From a virus, in the IMG/VR virus record IMGVR_UViG_3300018476_000009, positions 1-39,944 of that record: a DNA stretch of 39,944 bases; one strand, given 5' to 3'. Shown here piece after piece: positions 1-8,981 of the stretch. A model generated the notes under the pieces. That model had not been told where the DNA came from. It was given only the letters and a program-made list of their open reading frames with translations, and made no database searches. How positions within the stretch are numbered: position 1 is the first letter of the stretch; each line of letters opens with the position of its first letter. Position numbers and translations under genes: made by a program.

Positions 1-123
1 GGAACCCGATGCGTGCGACGGCGACTGGGCGTTCAAGTGGTCCGACTACCCGGAGGACCGCTTCCAGCGGGAGTTCCCGAAGGCGAAACTGGCGCAGGCG
101 AGCAGCCAGGAGCTCGAGGCCGA
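1..123. repeat. terminal direct repeat copy 1, identical to 39822..39944
   Basis: Compared base by base by eye: the first 123 nt equal the last 123 nt. This implies a circular or terminally redundant molecule of 39,821 unique bp. Confidence 0.95.
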
Positions 124-1795
124 AGCGGAGCAGAACAAGGGCTGGATTGGCGCCGAAGAGGCGACACGCACGATTCGCGTGGCCGAATACTGGTACGCGG
201 AGTACACGCCGACGACGGTGACGCTCTATACCCTGCCGGACGGCTCGGAACAGGCCATCTGGGCGCCAGACCCCGTGCCGCCCGGCGCGGTGCCGGTGAT
301 GGACGGTGATAAGCCGGTCAGCCGCGTCGTGCAGAAGCGGGCGGTGCGCTGGTGCAAGATCACCGCGAACGAGATCCTCGAAGAGACCGACTGGGAAGGG
401 CAGTACATCCCGATCGTCCCGGTCGTCGCGAAAGAATACAACCTGAACGGCGTGCGGCTGTGGAAGGGTGTCGTGGAACCCGCCATGGACGCGCAGCGCC
501 TCGTGAATTACGCCGCCTCGGGTGTCGCGGAAGCGGTCGGGATCGGCGTGAAGGCGCAGGCGATGCTGGACCCGGAGCAGATCGAAGGCTACGAGACGCA
601 GTGGGACCAGGCCAACGTCCGCAATCTGCCGTATCTGCCGCGCCGCGCGTTCAATGACCGCGGCGAACCGTATCCCCCGATTGAGCGACTGCTCTCGGAG
701 CCGCCGATTCAGGCCGTGTCGCAGTTGCTGATGCAGGCGACGCAGTTCGTGCAGCAGACGACGGCGACGCCCGCCAGCAGCCTCGGCCAGTTGGACCCGA
801 CGCACCGGAGCGGGAAGGCGATCCAGGCGCTGCAGCAGCAGAGCGAACTGGCGAACAGCAATTACCTGGACAACCTCGCGACGATCAGCATGACGCTCGA
901 GGGGAAGATCCTGAACGAGATGCTGACGCCGGTCTACGGGAACCGTCCCGGCCGCATCGTGCAGATCCTCGGGGAAGACGGGAAGCCCGAACCGACGATG
1001 CTCAATGCGCCGTTTGTGCAGGGGCCGAAGGGGCCGCTGCCCGCGCCGCCCGTGACGAACCCGCAGAACCCGCCGCAGATCATCGACCTGCAGCAGGGCG
1101 GGCAGTATCACGTCGTGGTGGAGATTGGGAAGACGGCGACGACCAAGCGGCAGGAAGCCTCGGACGCGATGGGCGAACTGCTGCCGCATCTGCCGCCGGA
1201 AATGGCCGCGCCGCTGCTGCCCGAATACATCGAGCAACTGGACTTCCCCGGCGCGAAGAAGATGGCGGCGATGGCGAGGAAGTCCCTGCCGGCGCATCTG
1301 CAGGAGCCGGAAGACGGGCAGCCGCCGCCGATTCCGCCGGACGTGCAGCAGCAGATGGATCAGATGCAGCAGCAGATGCAGGAGCTGCAGCAACTCGCCG
1401 ACAAGAACAAGACCGACCTGATGAAGGCGCAGATCCAGGCACAGGCGGACCTCGAGAAGGCGCAGGTGCAGGCGCAGGCCGATACGCAGCAGGCGCAGAT
1501 GGACGGCGAGGTGCGGATTCGCGTGGCGGGGATTCAGGCCGAGAGCACCGTGGCCTCTGCCGAGATTAAAGCCATGATGGACGACTGGGCGAACCGGCTG
1601 GCGCACATGGAAGCGTTGATTGGGATCGATGCGGACCAGCAGGCGATGGTGGCGCAGCAGCAGCACGAGCGCGAGATGGCCGATCTGGGGCATCAGCAGA
1701 CGCTCGAGCAGGGCGAGCAGGGCGCGGCGTTCACGTCGGACCAGATGGCGCAGCAGGCCGCGCTGCAGCCGCCGAACGGGACGGGGCTGGAATGA
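1..1795 (+). CDS. portal protein, 3' portion; continues from 39292..39944 across the circular junction (joined product 774 aa)
   Basis: Frame 2 is open from base 2 to TGA 1793-1795. The frame is continuous with the ORF at 39292 once the 123-nt overlap is removed (530+1795 nt = 775 codons). The size, the position after terL, and a long Q/A-rich helical C-terminal tail (QQQMDQMQQQMQELQQL...) resemble P22-type portals. Confidence 0.85.
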   Translation, partial: EPDACDGDWAFKWSDYPEDRFQREFPKAKLAQASSQELEAEAEQNKGWIGAEEATRTIRVAEYWYAEYTPTTVTLYTLPDGSEQAIWAPDPVPPGAVPVMDGDKPVSRVVQKRAVRWCKITANEILEETDWEGQYIPIVPVVAKEYNLNGVRLWKGVVEPAMDAQRLVNYAASGVAEAVGIGVKAQAMLDPEQIEGYETQWDQANVRNLPYLPRRAFNDRGEPYPPIERLLSEPPIQAVSQLLMQATQFVQQTTATPASSLGQLDPTHRSGKAIQALQQQSELANSNYLDNLATISMTLEGKILNEMLTPVYGNRPGRIVQILGEDGKPEPTMLNAPFVQGPKGPLPAPPVTNPQNPPQIIDLQQGGQYHVVVEIGKTATTKRQEASDAMGELLPHLPPEMAAPLLPEYIEQLDFPGAKKMAAMARKSLPAHLQEPEDGQPPPIPPDVQQQMDQMQQQMQELQQLADKNKTDLMKAQIQAQADLEKAQVQAQADTQQAQMDGEVRIRVAGIQAESTVASAEIKAMMDDWANRLAHMEALIGIDADQQAMVAQQQHEREMADLGHQQTLEQGEQGAAFTSDQMAQQAALQPPNGTGLE

Positions 1796-1968
1796 CCGCC
1801 GCGGAACTCGTGGCGCTCCTCGTCAACAGTCGCAAGGGTGTGACGCCGGAACGCGTGGCGAAGGCCAAAGCGCGCGCGACGCAGTTCGGGATTCCCTGGT
1901 GCGAGGTCGAACGGCTGGCGCCGCAAGTGCAGCATCCCACGGGGTGCGGCGCGTCGGAGCCGACATGA
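1792..1968 (+). CDS. hypothetical protein (58 aa)
   Basis: ATGA overlap with the portal stop. Translated by hand as MTAAELVALLVNSRKGVTPERVAKAKARATQFGIPWCEVERL... GC-rich third codon positions. Below the ORF-track size cutoff. Confidence 0.5.
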   Translation: MTAAELVALLVNSRKGVTPERVAKAKARATQFGIPWCEVERLAPQVQHPTGCGASEPT

Positions 1969-2393
1969 GAGTACAGGCCATCTGGGACACGCTCCACGAT
2001 GCGCTGCTGTTGCCTCGCTGCTGGGCCGTCCAGCGCGGCGACGAGCCGCGGCCTGACCTCATCGGGATGACGGCACGCGAGGGGCGGCGCCTGCTCGTCT
2101 ACGCCGACCAATTGACGGTGCATTGGGCTGTGACGGAGCCGTGCGACCCGCATATCGAGGCGCTGGCGCAGGCGATTGCCGAGTGGGAGCCGTGGCGCTT
2201 TGGCCGGTTGCCGCTGCCACGCGACCCATATATGCGATCTGTCACCCTCTCGTCACCGGAGAGCGCGATCGTGCTGCGGTTGATTACGGCAGACAGTGGG
2301 GTGATGGGCGTGGGCGCGATTCCGGCGTTCACGTCGATGATCCGGGCTGACGTGCTCGTAGCGAAACCCGCGCAACGGAGCCGCGCCGCATGA
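1965..2393 (+). CDS. hypothetical protein (142 aa)
   Basis: ATGA overlap with the preceding ORF. Internal start of track ORF 1620..2393 (MRVQAIWDTLHDALLL...). The upstream part of that ORF overlaps the portal. Confidence 0.55.
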   Translation: MRVQAIWDTLHDALLLPRCWAVQRGDEPRPDLIGMTAREGRRLLVYADQLTVHWAVTEPCDPHIEALAQAIAEWEPWRFGRLPLPRDPYMRSVTLSSPESAIVLRLITADSGVMGVGAIPAFTSMIRADVLVAKPAQRSRAA

Positions 2394-2617
2394 GCCATCA
2401 GGCCCGCCGCGCCCCGCTGCCGACCGACTACCAGTACGAGCCGTGGCGCACGCTGGCGTATGCGATTGCCTTGGCGAAGCGGCGCACGGATACCGCGTGG
2501 GAAGCGCGGCTCAAAGCCTGCCCGAAGTGCGGTGGTCCCTCCGTGCGCGGCGGCCTGTGTTACGGCTGCACCGCGGACCCGCTCGAGCCGAGTGCCGACA
2601 ACCTCTGGGGGGTGTGA
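2390..2617 (+). CDS. small zinc-ribbon-like protein (75 aa)
   Basis: ATGA overlap. Contains CPKCGG...CYGC, four Cys in two CxxC pairs. Confidence 0.55.
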   Translation: MSHQARRAPLPTDYQYEPWRTLAYAIALAKRRTDTAWEARLKACPKCGGPSVRGGLCYGCTADPLEPSADNLWGV

Positions 2618-2803
2618 ATGCCTGGATTGATTGCGCTCCTCGTCGTCCTCGTCGTGTTCCTGGTCGTCTACTGGGCGATTCATCGGCTGGCCGGCGCGTT
2701 TGGCGCCCCGCCGCAGGTGATCGTCGTGATCGATGTGCTGCTGGTGCTGATCTTCGTGCTGTATGCGCTGCAGTCGTTCGGGTTGATCCCGCAGATTCGG
2801 TAA
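2618..2803 (+). CDS. small membrane protein with two predicted TM helices (61 aa)
   Basis: Starts right after the previous stop. Two hydrophobic stretches: LIALLVVLVVFLVVYWAI and VIVVIDVLLVLIFVLYAL. Confidence 0.6.
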   Translation: MPGLIALLVVLVVFLVVYWAIHRLAGAFGAPPQVIVVIDVLLVLIFVLYALQSFGLIPQIR

Positions 2804-2815
2804 CTGGAGACGACG

Positions 2816-3022
2816 ATGGCCGAGACGGAACTGGTCGTGGTGACGGTGCCGCAACTGCGCCCCATCCTGATCGCCTTCATTGTGGCGGTGACACCGGGGA
2901 TCATCCTCTCGGAGGAGATCCAGGAGCGGCTCTGGCTGGCGTTTGTGGAGACCCTGCGCGCCGAGACGAATGACACCGAGACGCCGATTCTGACGCGTGT
3001 CGTCAGCGAAACGCTGACATGA
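2816..3022 (+). CDS. hypothetical protein (68 aa)
   Basis: GGAG lies 8 nt upstream of the ATG. GC-rich third positions. Confidence 0.5.
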   Translation: MAETELVVVTVPQLRPILIAFIVAVTPGIILSEEIQERLWLAFVETLRAETNDTETPILTRVVSETLT

Positions 3023-3057
3023 CGCCGTCAAATAAATGGCGATAGCGCGCCAGACGG

Positions 3058-3094
3058 TTGACAGGCCCGTGCCGATGTGGATACTTGCTACACA
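3058..3094 (+). promoter_or_regulatory. sigma70-type promoter P_A (TTGACA-16 nt-GATACT) with a conserved downstream box
   Basis: TTGACA at 3058-3063 and GATACT at 3080-3085. The block GATGTGGATACTT-N-CTACACA is repeated exactly at 38651-38671. It sits in the 93-bp gap ahead of the scaffold/capsid operon. Confidence 0.6.
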
Positions 3095-3115
3095 GTTCCC
3101 CTCACAGGAGTGTCG

Positions 3116-3475
3116 ATGAGCCAGCAGTTACCGGCTGATATTGCCGCCCGTCTCGACCTTCTGGAGCGGCTGGTGGCCGACCAGTCCACCTCGCCGCAGT
3201 CCGTGGCCGCCCAGCGGCTGGAGTGGGAGAAGAAACTGCGCGACAAGTCGCGGTTTCAGGGGCTGGGGGAAGCCGTCCCGAATCCCAACCTGCACGCGCA
3301 CCTGAAATACCCCGGCTATCGCTTCCACGCGGTCGAAGGGTTGATGCTCGTGAACACGCCGCAGGAAGACGAGCAGGCGAAGGCGGAGGGCTGGCGCGAG
3401 TCGCCCACGGAAGCCCTGGAGCTGACGGACCCGCCCGCCCCACGCAGCCATCACAAGAAGAGCGTGGCGGCCTAG
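3116..3475 (+). CDS. hypothetical protein (119 aa), first gene of the structural operon
   Basis: ATG 3116 is preceded by AGGAG at 3106-3110. The track start (GTG 3077) lies inside promoter P_A and was rejected. Confidence 0.6.
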   Translation: MSQQLPADIAARLDLLERLVADQSTSPQSVAAQRLEWEKKLRDKSRFQGLGEAVPNPNLHAHLKYPGYRFHAVEGLMLVNTPQEDEQAKAEGWRESPTEALELTDPPAPRSHHKKSVAA

Positions 3476-4483
3476 ATGAGTGAGACCGCGGGCGCCCTGT
3501 CGGTGATTGAAGTGGACGGCATCGTGGCCGCCACGTCTCCCGGCCAGGAAGCGGACACGCGCGCGGCGCTGGCGTCTGCCGACGCCCCGATCGAGTCCCC
3601 GGCGGTGCGGGAGTCGCCGTCCCCGGAGTCTGGCGAGTCCGTTCCGCCTTCTTCGGACGTGACCCCAGACGCTGCCGCCACGACGACCGCTCCTGCGAAG
3701 CCGGGGAAACCTCGCAATGACCCCACGGCGCGGATGCTCGAGGCCACGCGCAAACTGGCGGTGGAGCGCGATGCCCGGATGGCCCTCGAGGCCCGCCTCG
3801 CGACGCTGGAATCCGAACGGCAGCAGACCCGCCAGCCGGAACGGACCCCGGAGCGCGTGCAAGGCGACAAGTTCCCGTCCTATGACGAGTATCTGCAGAC
3901 CCACCCCGACCAATCGTGGGACGACTGGAACGACGCCAAGATCGACTGGAAAGCCGACCAGAAAGTCTCCGCGTATCAGCGCAGTATCCAGGCGGAACGC
4001 GAAGAAGCCACACTGCGCGAGACGTGGAACGGCCACACCGAACGGCTCGACCACGCGCGCACGCATAAATATCCAGACTTTGACCAGATGGTCAAGACAG
4101 CGAACGCGACCTATGCCGCGTACGGGATTCATGAGTTTCCGCCCGTGATTCAGGACGCCGTGATCGGGTCCACCCAGTCCGACGACTTGCTCGCCTTCCT
4201 CGCGACGCATCCTGAGGAGGGAATCCATCTGACCGAACGCTTTGCGAAGCGTCCTGTTACAGATGCCGAATTTGTCCGCGACATTCTCGAAATGAAAGTG
4301 GCCGCGTCTGCTGGCGCCCGTACTGGATCAGCCGTCGCCCGCCCCTATCCACGCGCTGCCGCCCCACCTAATCCAGTTGGGAGTTCAGCCCCTGCGCCGT
4401 CCGTGACCGGCTTAGGCTCGCTGGACCCCGATGCCCACATCGAGGCGTACCGCAAGGCTGAAGCTGCGAAACGGAGGCGCTGA
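3476..4483 (+). CDS. putative scaffolding protein (335 aa)
   Basis: Lies immediately upstream of the coat gene. Acidic, Pro/Ala/Ser-rich N-terminus followed by helical charged segments (LAVERDARMALEARLATLESERQQ). The call rests on position and composition only. Confidence 0.55.
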   Translation: MSETAGALSVIEVDGIVAATSPGQEADTRAALASADAPIESPAVRESPSPESGESVPPSSDVTPDAAATTTAPAKPGKPRNDPTARMLEATRKLAVERDARMALEARLATLESERQQTRQPERTPERVQGDKFPSYDEYLQTHPDQSWDDWNDAKIDWKADQKVSAYQRSIQAEREEATLRETWNGHTERLDHARTHKYPDFDQMVKTANATYAAYGIHEFPPVIQDAVIGSTQSDDLLAFLATHPEEGIHLTERFAKRPVTDAEFVRDILEMKVAASAGARTGSAVARPYPRAAAPPNPVGSSAPAPSVTGLGSLDPDAHIEAYRKAEAAKRRR

Positions 4484-4497
4484 ATGAGGCGTCTCCT

Positions 4498-5718
4498 GTG
4501 GCGAATGAATTTCTCACGAACGACATCATCACCGTCCGCGCGTTGGCGGTGCTGGATAACACGCTGAACGCGACCAAGAGCATCAACCGCAATTACGACG
4601 ACCAGTTCAAGTTCGGGGGCGCGGTGTTGGGGCAGACCCTGAACATCCGCAAGCCCGCGCGCTTCATCGGCCGGCTCGGACAGGCCGCGAACATCGAAAG
4701 CATTCAGGAGACCTACGTGCCGCTCACGCTGGCCTATCAGCGCGGCATTGACACGCAGGTGTCGTCGCAGGATCTCGTCCTGAACATCGACGAGTACACC
4801 GACCGCATCCTGAAGCCGCAGATCGTGCGCCTCGCGAACCTCGTCAATCAGGACGTGTGCTCGCTGGCGCTGGGCGCGAACCAGGTCGTCGGCACCCCCG
4901 GCACCACGCCCACCTCGCTCGACACCTACTGGGGCGCGAAGACGAAGCTCGATAACGGCGCCGCCCCGAGTGGCGACCGCACGACGCTGCTCAGCCCGAT
5001 CGCGGAACAGAAGATCGGCAACGCGGTCTATACGAACTACAACCCGGCGCAGAACATCTCGAACATCTACGAAGAGGGCGAGATGGGCCGCGCGCTGGGG
5101 ACGATGTTCAAGATGGATCAGGGCGTCTATGTCCACACCGTGGGCACGCTCGCGGGCACGCCGCTCGTGGACGGCGCCACGCAGTCGGGCAGTTCCATCC
5201 TCACGAAGACGTGGACCTCGAGCACGCTGAACGCGGGCGATGTCGTCTCGTTCGACAACGTGTTCTACGTCAATCCGCAGACCTACCAGAGCACGGGCGC
5301 CCGCGCGCAGTTCGTCGTGACGCAGACCGTAACCGACACGGCCGGTGCGATGACGATCAGCATCAGCCCCGCGATGGTCGGCCCCGGCTCACCCTTGCAG
5401 AACGTCAATGCGCTGCCGGCCGATAACGCCGCGGTGTTCGTCTACGAAGTGGCCGCGGCCTCGTTCTCGACCATCACCGGCAAGTCCTCGCCGCAGAACA
5501 TGATGTTCAACAAGGACTTTGGCACGCTGGCCTGCGTCGATCTGCCGAAGCCGGATGGGACCGACAAATCCAGCCGTATGGCCTCGCGCAAGTCGGGGCT
5601 GTCGCTGCGCTATATCCGCGACTACATCGCGGTGACCGACCAGTGGATTCAGCGGTTTGACATCCTGTACGGCGTCACCGTCCTGCGGCAGGAACTCGTC
5701 TGCCGGATCGCGGGTTAG
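4498..5718 (+). CDS. major capsid protein, P22 coat-protein-like family (406 aa)
   Basis: The N-terminal pattern ...NDIITVRALAVLDNTLNATKSINRNYDDQFKFGGAVLGQTLNIRKPARF... matches my memory of P22_CoatProtein-family members. Size and position after the scaffold gene fit. Confidence 0.8.
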   Translation: MANEFLTNDIITVRALAVLDNTLNATKSINRNYDDQFKFGGAVLGQTLNIRKPARFIGRLGQAANIESIQETYVPLTLAYQRGIDTQVSSQDLVLNIDEYTDRILKPQIVRLANLVNQDVCSLALGANQVVGTPGTTPTSLDTYWGAKTKLDNGAAPSGDRTTLLSPIAEQKIGNAVYTNYNPAQNISNIYEEGEMGRALGTMFKMDQGVYVHTVGTLAGTPLVDGATQSGSSILTKTWTSSTLNAGDVVSFDNVFYVNPQTYQSTGARAQFVVTQTVTDTAGAMTISISPAMVGPGSPLQNVNALPADNAAVFVYEVAAASFSTITGKSSPQNMMFNKDFGTLACVDLPKPDGTDKSSRMASRKSGLSLRYIRDYIAVTDQWIQRFDILYGVTVLRQELVCRIAG

Positions 5719-5729
5719 GGGAGGACATC

Positions 5730-6290
5730 ATGGCACTCACCAAAACCACACTCGCGGGCGCCGTCACGGCCAATGCGACCACCGTCAAGCTGACCTCGGG
5801 GACCGGGGTGGCGAAGAAGATGCTGCTCATGCTGGACGGCGAGAAAATGCTCGTCACCGATGTCACGCTGTCGCCCACCGTGCAAGTCGCGCGGGGCGAA
5901 CAGGGCACGCTCGCCGCGGCCCACGCGAACCTCACGGCGGCCATCTACGGCGTGCCGTCCGACTTCACCACACCCAGCGGCGCCCCGTTTGTCAGCTACG
6001 GCGCGGACGGCGCGATCGCGATTCCGACCGTCGATACCACGATCTACCTGACCAAGGCGACCGCGGCGGCGATGACGCTGCTGGGACCGGCGCGTGACCA
6101 GACCAACGTGGTGACCATCATCGGCACCGTGGCCGTGGCGAACACCGTCACGTATCTCGCGGGTCTCTATGGCGACACGACCAGCAGCGATATTGCGACG
6201 TTCGCCGCCAAAGTCGGGGCGTCCATCACGATCAAAGCGCAGGGCGGCGTCTGGGGACCGCTCGCGACGGCGAACGTGACCATCGCCTAA
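5730..6290 (+). CDS. putative capsid decoration or head-fibre protein (186 aa)
   Basis: Strong RBS GGGGAGG. Follows the coat gene directly. The first ~75 aa are paralogous to the N-terminus of 6595..7098 (TTLA..LTS..V.V.RG..GT.A). Confidence 0.45.
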   Translation: MALTKTTLAGAVTANATTVKLTSGTGVAKKMLLMLDGEKMLVTDVTLSPTVQVARGEQGTLAAAHANLTAAIYGVPSDFTTPSGAPFVSYGADGAIAIPTVDTTIYLTKATAAAMTLLGPARDQTNVVTIIGTVAVANTVTYLAGLYGDTTSSDIATFAAKVGASITIKAQGGVWGPLATANVTIA

Positions 6291-6348
6291 ATCTGTTCAT
6301 GGTGGACGGCGGGCCTCGCGCTCGTCGTCTGCCTCTGTTGAGGCATCC

Positions 6349-6594
6349 ATGCAGATTCAGCCGTTCAACAAAGCGCAAGCGATCACGACGAGCGACACCG
6401 TCAACATCCGCAAAGATGACCGCCTGACCGATGCGGTGTTTGTCGGCGGGGCGGGCATCGTCGTGGCGATTTTTCAGGATGATTCGGCCGTGAACTTTAC
6501 CGCCGTGGCGGGCGAGATTCTGCCCCTCGCGGTGAAGCGCGTCAATGCGGGGACCACCACAGCCACGTTGCTGGTGGCGCTGTACCAGGTGTAG
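6349..6594 (+). CDS. small structural protein resembling the head spike base family of RcGTA (Rcc01079-like) (81 aa)
   Basis: ITTSDTVNI...AVFVGGAGIVV...FTAVAGEILPLAVKRVNAGTTTATLLVAL matches the pattern I remember for this family. GAGG RBS. Confidence 0.45.
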   Translation: MQIQPFNKAQAITTSDTVNIRKDDRLTDAVFVGGAGIVVAIFQDDSAVNFTAVAGEILPLAVKRVNAGTTTATLLVALYQV

Positions 6595-7098
6595 ATGATG
6601 GCAACCGTCAACACGACCCTCGCGCGAGCCGCGGGCCTCAACGACCAGATTCTCTATCTGACCTCCTCGGCGACCGCCGCCCCAGGCGCCATCGTGGAGA
6701 AGGGCGCCGAGTTCGCCAAGGTGATCACCGTGCTGAATGCGGGCGCCGTGCGCGTGCAGCGCGGCGTGCTGGGCACCAGTGCGACCACGGGCGCGGCGTC
6801 GGACGCGGTGACCCTCGGCGATGTCGAGGACTTCCTGTCGGCCGCGCCGATCAGCGGCATCGCGGACGGCGCCCCGATGGTGGTCTTCCCGTCGAATCCT
6901 CCGGCCGGAGTCACGGCGGCGGCCGGCGATGTGGTGGGACCGGCGAGTGCGACGAGTGGGCGCATCGCGGTGTTCAGTGGCACCACGGGAAAGCTCATCG
7001 CGGATTCGGGCGTGACCGGCGTGACGGCGGGTCCGTTCACCACAATAAGTTCCATCAGGGTTGTCAACGGAATCGTGACGGTGCTGACGGGGTCGTAA
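6595..7098 (+). CDS. putative head spike or fibre protein (167 aa)
   Basis: Abuts the spike-base-like gene. N-terminus paralogous to 5730..6290. The remainder is Ala/Gly/Thr/Val-rich. Confidence 0.4.
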   Translation: MMATVNTTLARAAGLNDQILYLTSSATAAPGAIVEKGAEFAKVITVLNAGAVRVQRGVLGTSATTGAASDAVTLGDVEDFLSAAPISGIADGAPMVVFPSNPPAGVTAAAGDVVGPASATSGRIAVFSGTTGKLIADSGVTGVTAGPFTTISSIRVVNGIVTVLTGS

Positions 7099-7854
7099 AT
7101 GTCGATCACCGTCACGGCGCGCAGTCTGCTCACCGCGGCCTGTCAGAAGGTCGGAATCGTCGGCCAGGGCGAAACGCCTGAAGCGGCGACGATGCAGCAG
7201 GCGTTCGCCGCGCTCCAGCAGTTGATCGATTCGTGGACGACGCAGAGCCTCACCGTGCTCGTCGTGGAGCGGACCGTCTACACGCTCACCGCGAATCAGC
7301 AGTCCTACAGCATCGGGCCGACGACGGAGACACCCGACTTTGACACGGGGACGGCCGCGCGACCTCCCGTGATCCAGGGCGCGGGCCTCGTGCTGAACTA
7401 CACGACGCCGGTCACGGAGATTCCGCTGCAATCGCTCACCGACGAACAATACCGGCTGATCGGGGTGAAGGGGCAGACCTCGACGCAGCCGACGCAGTAC
7501 TACTACCAGCCGCTGGACCCGCTGGGCGAAGTGTGGCTCTGGCCCAATCCCACGACCGGGGTCAACGGGCTGGCGCTCTACACGCCGTATCTCACGCCGC
7601 AGTTCAGTGCGCTGTCCACCTATGTGGTGCTCCCGCCGGGGTATGCCCGCGCGCTCGAGTGGAACATGGCGCTGGAACTCTCCACACCGGCCTTCGGCGT
7701 GCCGCTGGACCCGCTGGTGGACCGCATGGCGACGACCAGCCTCGCGCAATTGAAACGCAGCAATTACAAGCCGAGTGATTTGAGTCTCGATGCGGCCCTG
7801 CAGCCGAGTGTGCCGGGAGGCAGCTATAACATCCTGTCTGACGGGAATGCCTGA
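7099..7854 (+). CDS. head-to-tail adaptor, P22 gp4-like (251 aa)
   Basis: N-terminus ARSLLTAACQKVGIVGQGETPEAATMQQAFAALQQLIDSWTTQ parallels P22 gp4 (DLVRAALRKLGV...MQDAVDDLEAMMAEWYQ, recalled from memory). Lies between the head genes and the hub gene. Confidence 0.6.
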   Translation: MSITVTARSLLTAACQKVGIVGQGETPEAATMQQAFAALQQLIDSWTTQSLTVLVVERTVYTLTANQQSYSIGPTTETPDFDTGTAARPPVIQGAGLVLNYTTPVTEIPLQSLTDEQYRLIGVKGQTSTQPTQYYYQPLDPLGEVWLWPNPTTGVNGLALYTPYLTPQFSALSTYVVLPPGYARALEWNMALELSTPAFGVPLDPLVDRMATTSLAQLKRSNYKPSDLSLDAALQPSVPGGSYNILSDGNA

Positions 7855-8981
7855 TGCCCCGGATCGCGATTCCCGGCCTCGCAGGACCGAGTAATCTCCT
7901 CGCCTCGGTCACGGTCAACGCCGACCGCACGATCAACTGGTATCCCGAAACCGCCACGCCCGGATCCCCGCTCGTCCAGAAGTGGCTGCGTCCCACACCG
8001 GGGGTGCGCGCCTTCGGTCTCTTTCCCGGCACGCCGATGCGCGGGCTGTTCGAGCTCGATGGGCGCTGTTTCGGCGTCGCGGGGATCTATTTCGGGGAGC
8101 TGCTCGCGGACGGCACCGTCATCAACACCGCGCTCGTGGCCGACGACGCGGACCATACGCCCGTGAGCTTCGCCAGCAACGGCTCGGCGGGCCATCAACT
8201 GCTCTTTACGTCAGCGGGCTTCGGCTACATCTTCGATCTGCTGACCAACGTCGTGACGCAGATCACCGACCCCGACTTTCCGGCGGATGTCTCGATGTGC
8301 GCGTTCATGGACGGCTATTTCCTCGTCCTGATTCGCGACACGCGCCGCGTGGCGTTCTCGGCGCTGGAGGACGGCACGAGCTGGGACGCGCTGGACGTGT
8401 TTGAACGCTCCATTGCCTCCGACAACATCGTGACGATGATCCGCACGCACCGGGATCTCTTGCTGCTCGGCTCGCAGACCTCGGAATCGTGGTCGGATAC
8501 CGGCGACGCGCTGACACCCTTTCAGCCCATTCAGGGCGTGCTGATGGAGCTCGGCTCGTCGGCGCCGTTCGGGGCCGTGCGGGCCGATAACAGCGTCGTC
8601 TTTCTCGTCAAGGACGAGCGCGGCACGGGCATCGCCTCGCGGCAGGAAGGCTATAGCGCGGTGCGGACGACCACCTACGGGATCGACCTGAAGATCCAGG
8701 CGGCGACCGACCTCGCGAGTGCCGTCGCGTTCGCCGCGCAGATCGACGGGCATCTCTGGGTGTCGTGGAACATCGAAGGTGTGGATACGACACTCGTCTG
8801 GGATGTCGCGGAACAGCAGTGGCACGAGCGCAGCCTCTGGGATTCGACGGCGTGCGTGTGGCAACACCACATTGGCAAATACCATTGCTTCGCCTTCGGT
8901 AAACACATTCTTGGCTCGCGGCTGAATGGCTGGACGTACCACTGGGACAGCGCCTACTTAGACGATGAGGTGTCGGCGTGA
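7854..8981 (+). CDS. tail hub protein, P22 gp10-like, N-terminal beta-propeller part only (375 aa)
   Basis: TGATG overlap. ...TINWYPETATPGSPLVQKWLRPTPGV... and the later ...ILGSRLNGWTYHWDSAYLDD parallel P22 gp10 as I recall it. The ORF ends where the gp10 C-terminal domain would begin. Its last 28 nt overlap the 3' end of the convergent gene 8954..9595. Confidence 0.6.
   Translation: MPRIAIPGLAGPSNLLASVTVNADRTINWYPETATPGSPLVQKWLRPTPGVRAFGLFPGTPMRGLFELDGRCFGVAGIYFGELLADGTVINTALVADDADHTPVSFASNGSAGHQLLFTSAGFGYIFDLLTNVVTQITDPDFPADVSMCAFMDGYFLVLIRDTRRVAFSALEDGTSWDALDVFERSIASDNIVTMIRTHRDLLLLGSQTSESWSDTGDALTPFQPIQGVLMELGSSAPFGAVRADNSVVFLVKDERGTGIASRQEGYSAVRTTTYGIDLKIQAATDLASAVAFAAQIDGHLWVSWNIEGVDTTLVWDVAEQQWHERSLWDSTACVWQHHIGKYHCFAFGKHILGSRLNGWTYHWDSAYLDDEVSA

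Noticed and set aside
1300-1795. Q/A-rich repetitive coding stretch at the portal 3' end as a possible separate gene or low-complexity insertion.
   Set aside because: It is continuous in frame with the portal and is consistent with the long helical C-terminal barrel known for P22-type portals.
6291-6348. Intrinsic terminator after the 186-aa decoration-like gene (GACGGCG...CGTCGTC stem).
   Set aside because: The stem needs a G-U pair, the loop is 11 nt, and there is no U-tract. The evidence is too weak to annotate.
6232-7749. Long reverse-strand ORF (505 aa). Similar ones occur at 2099..3031, 3102..4228, 4345..5136, 10250..11206, 17341..18525, 19374..20870, 22681..23805 and 26908..27747.
   Set aside because: These ORFs are extremely Arg/Pro/His/Gly-rich and lie antisense to well-supported + strand genes. 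Such shadow ORFs are expected in GC-rich DNA, and none has a motif or an RBS.
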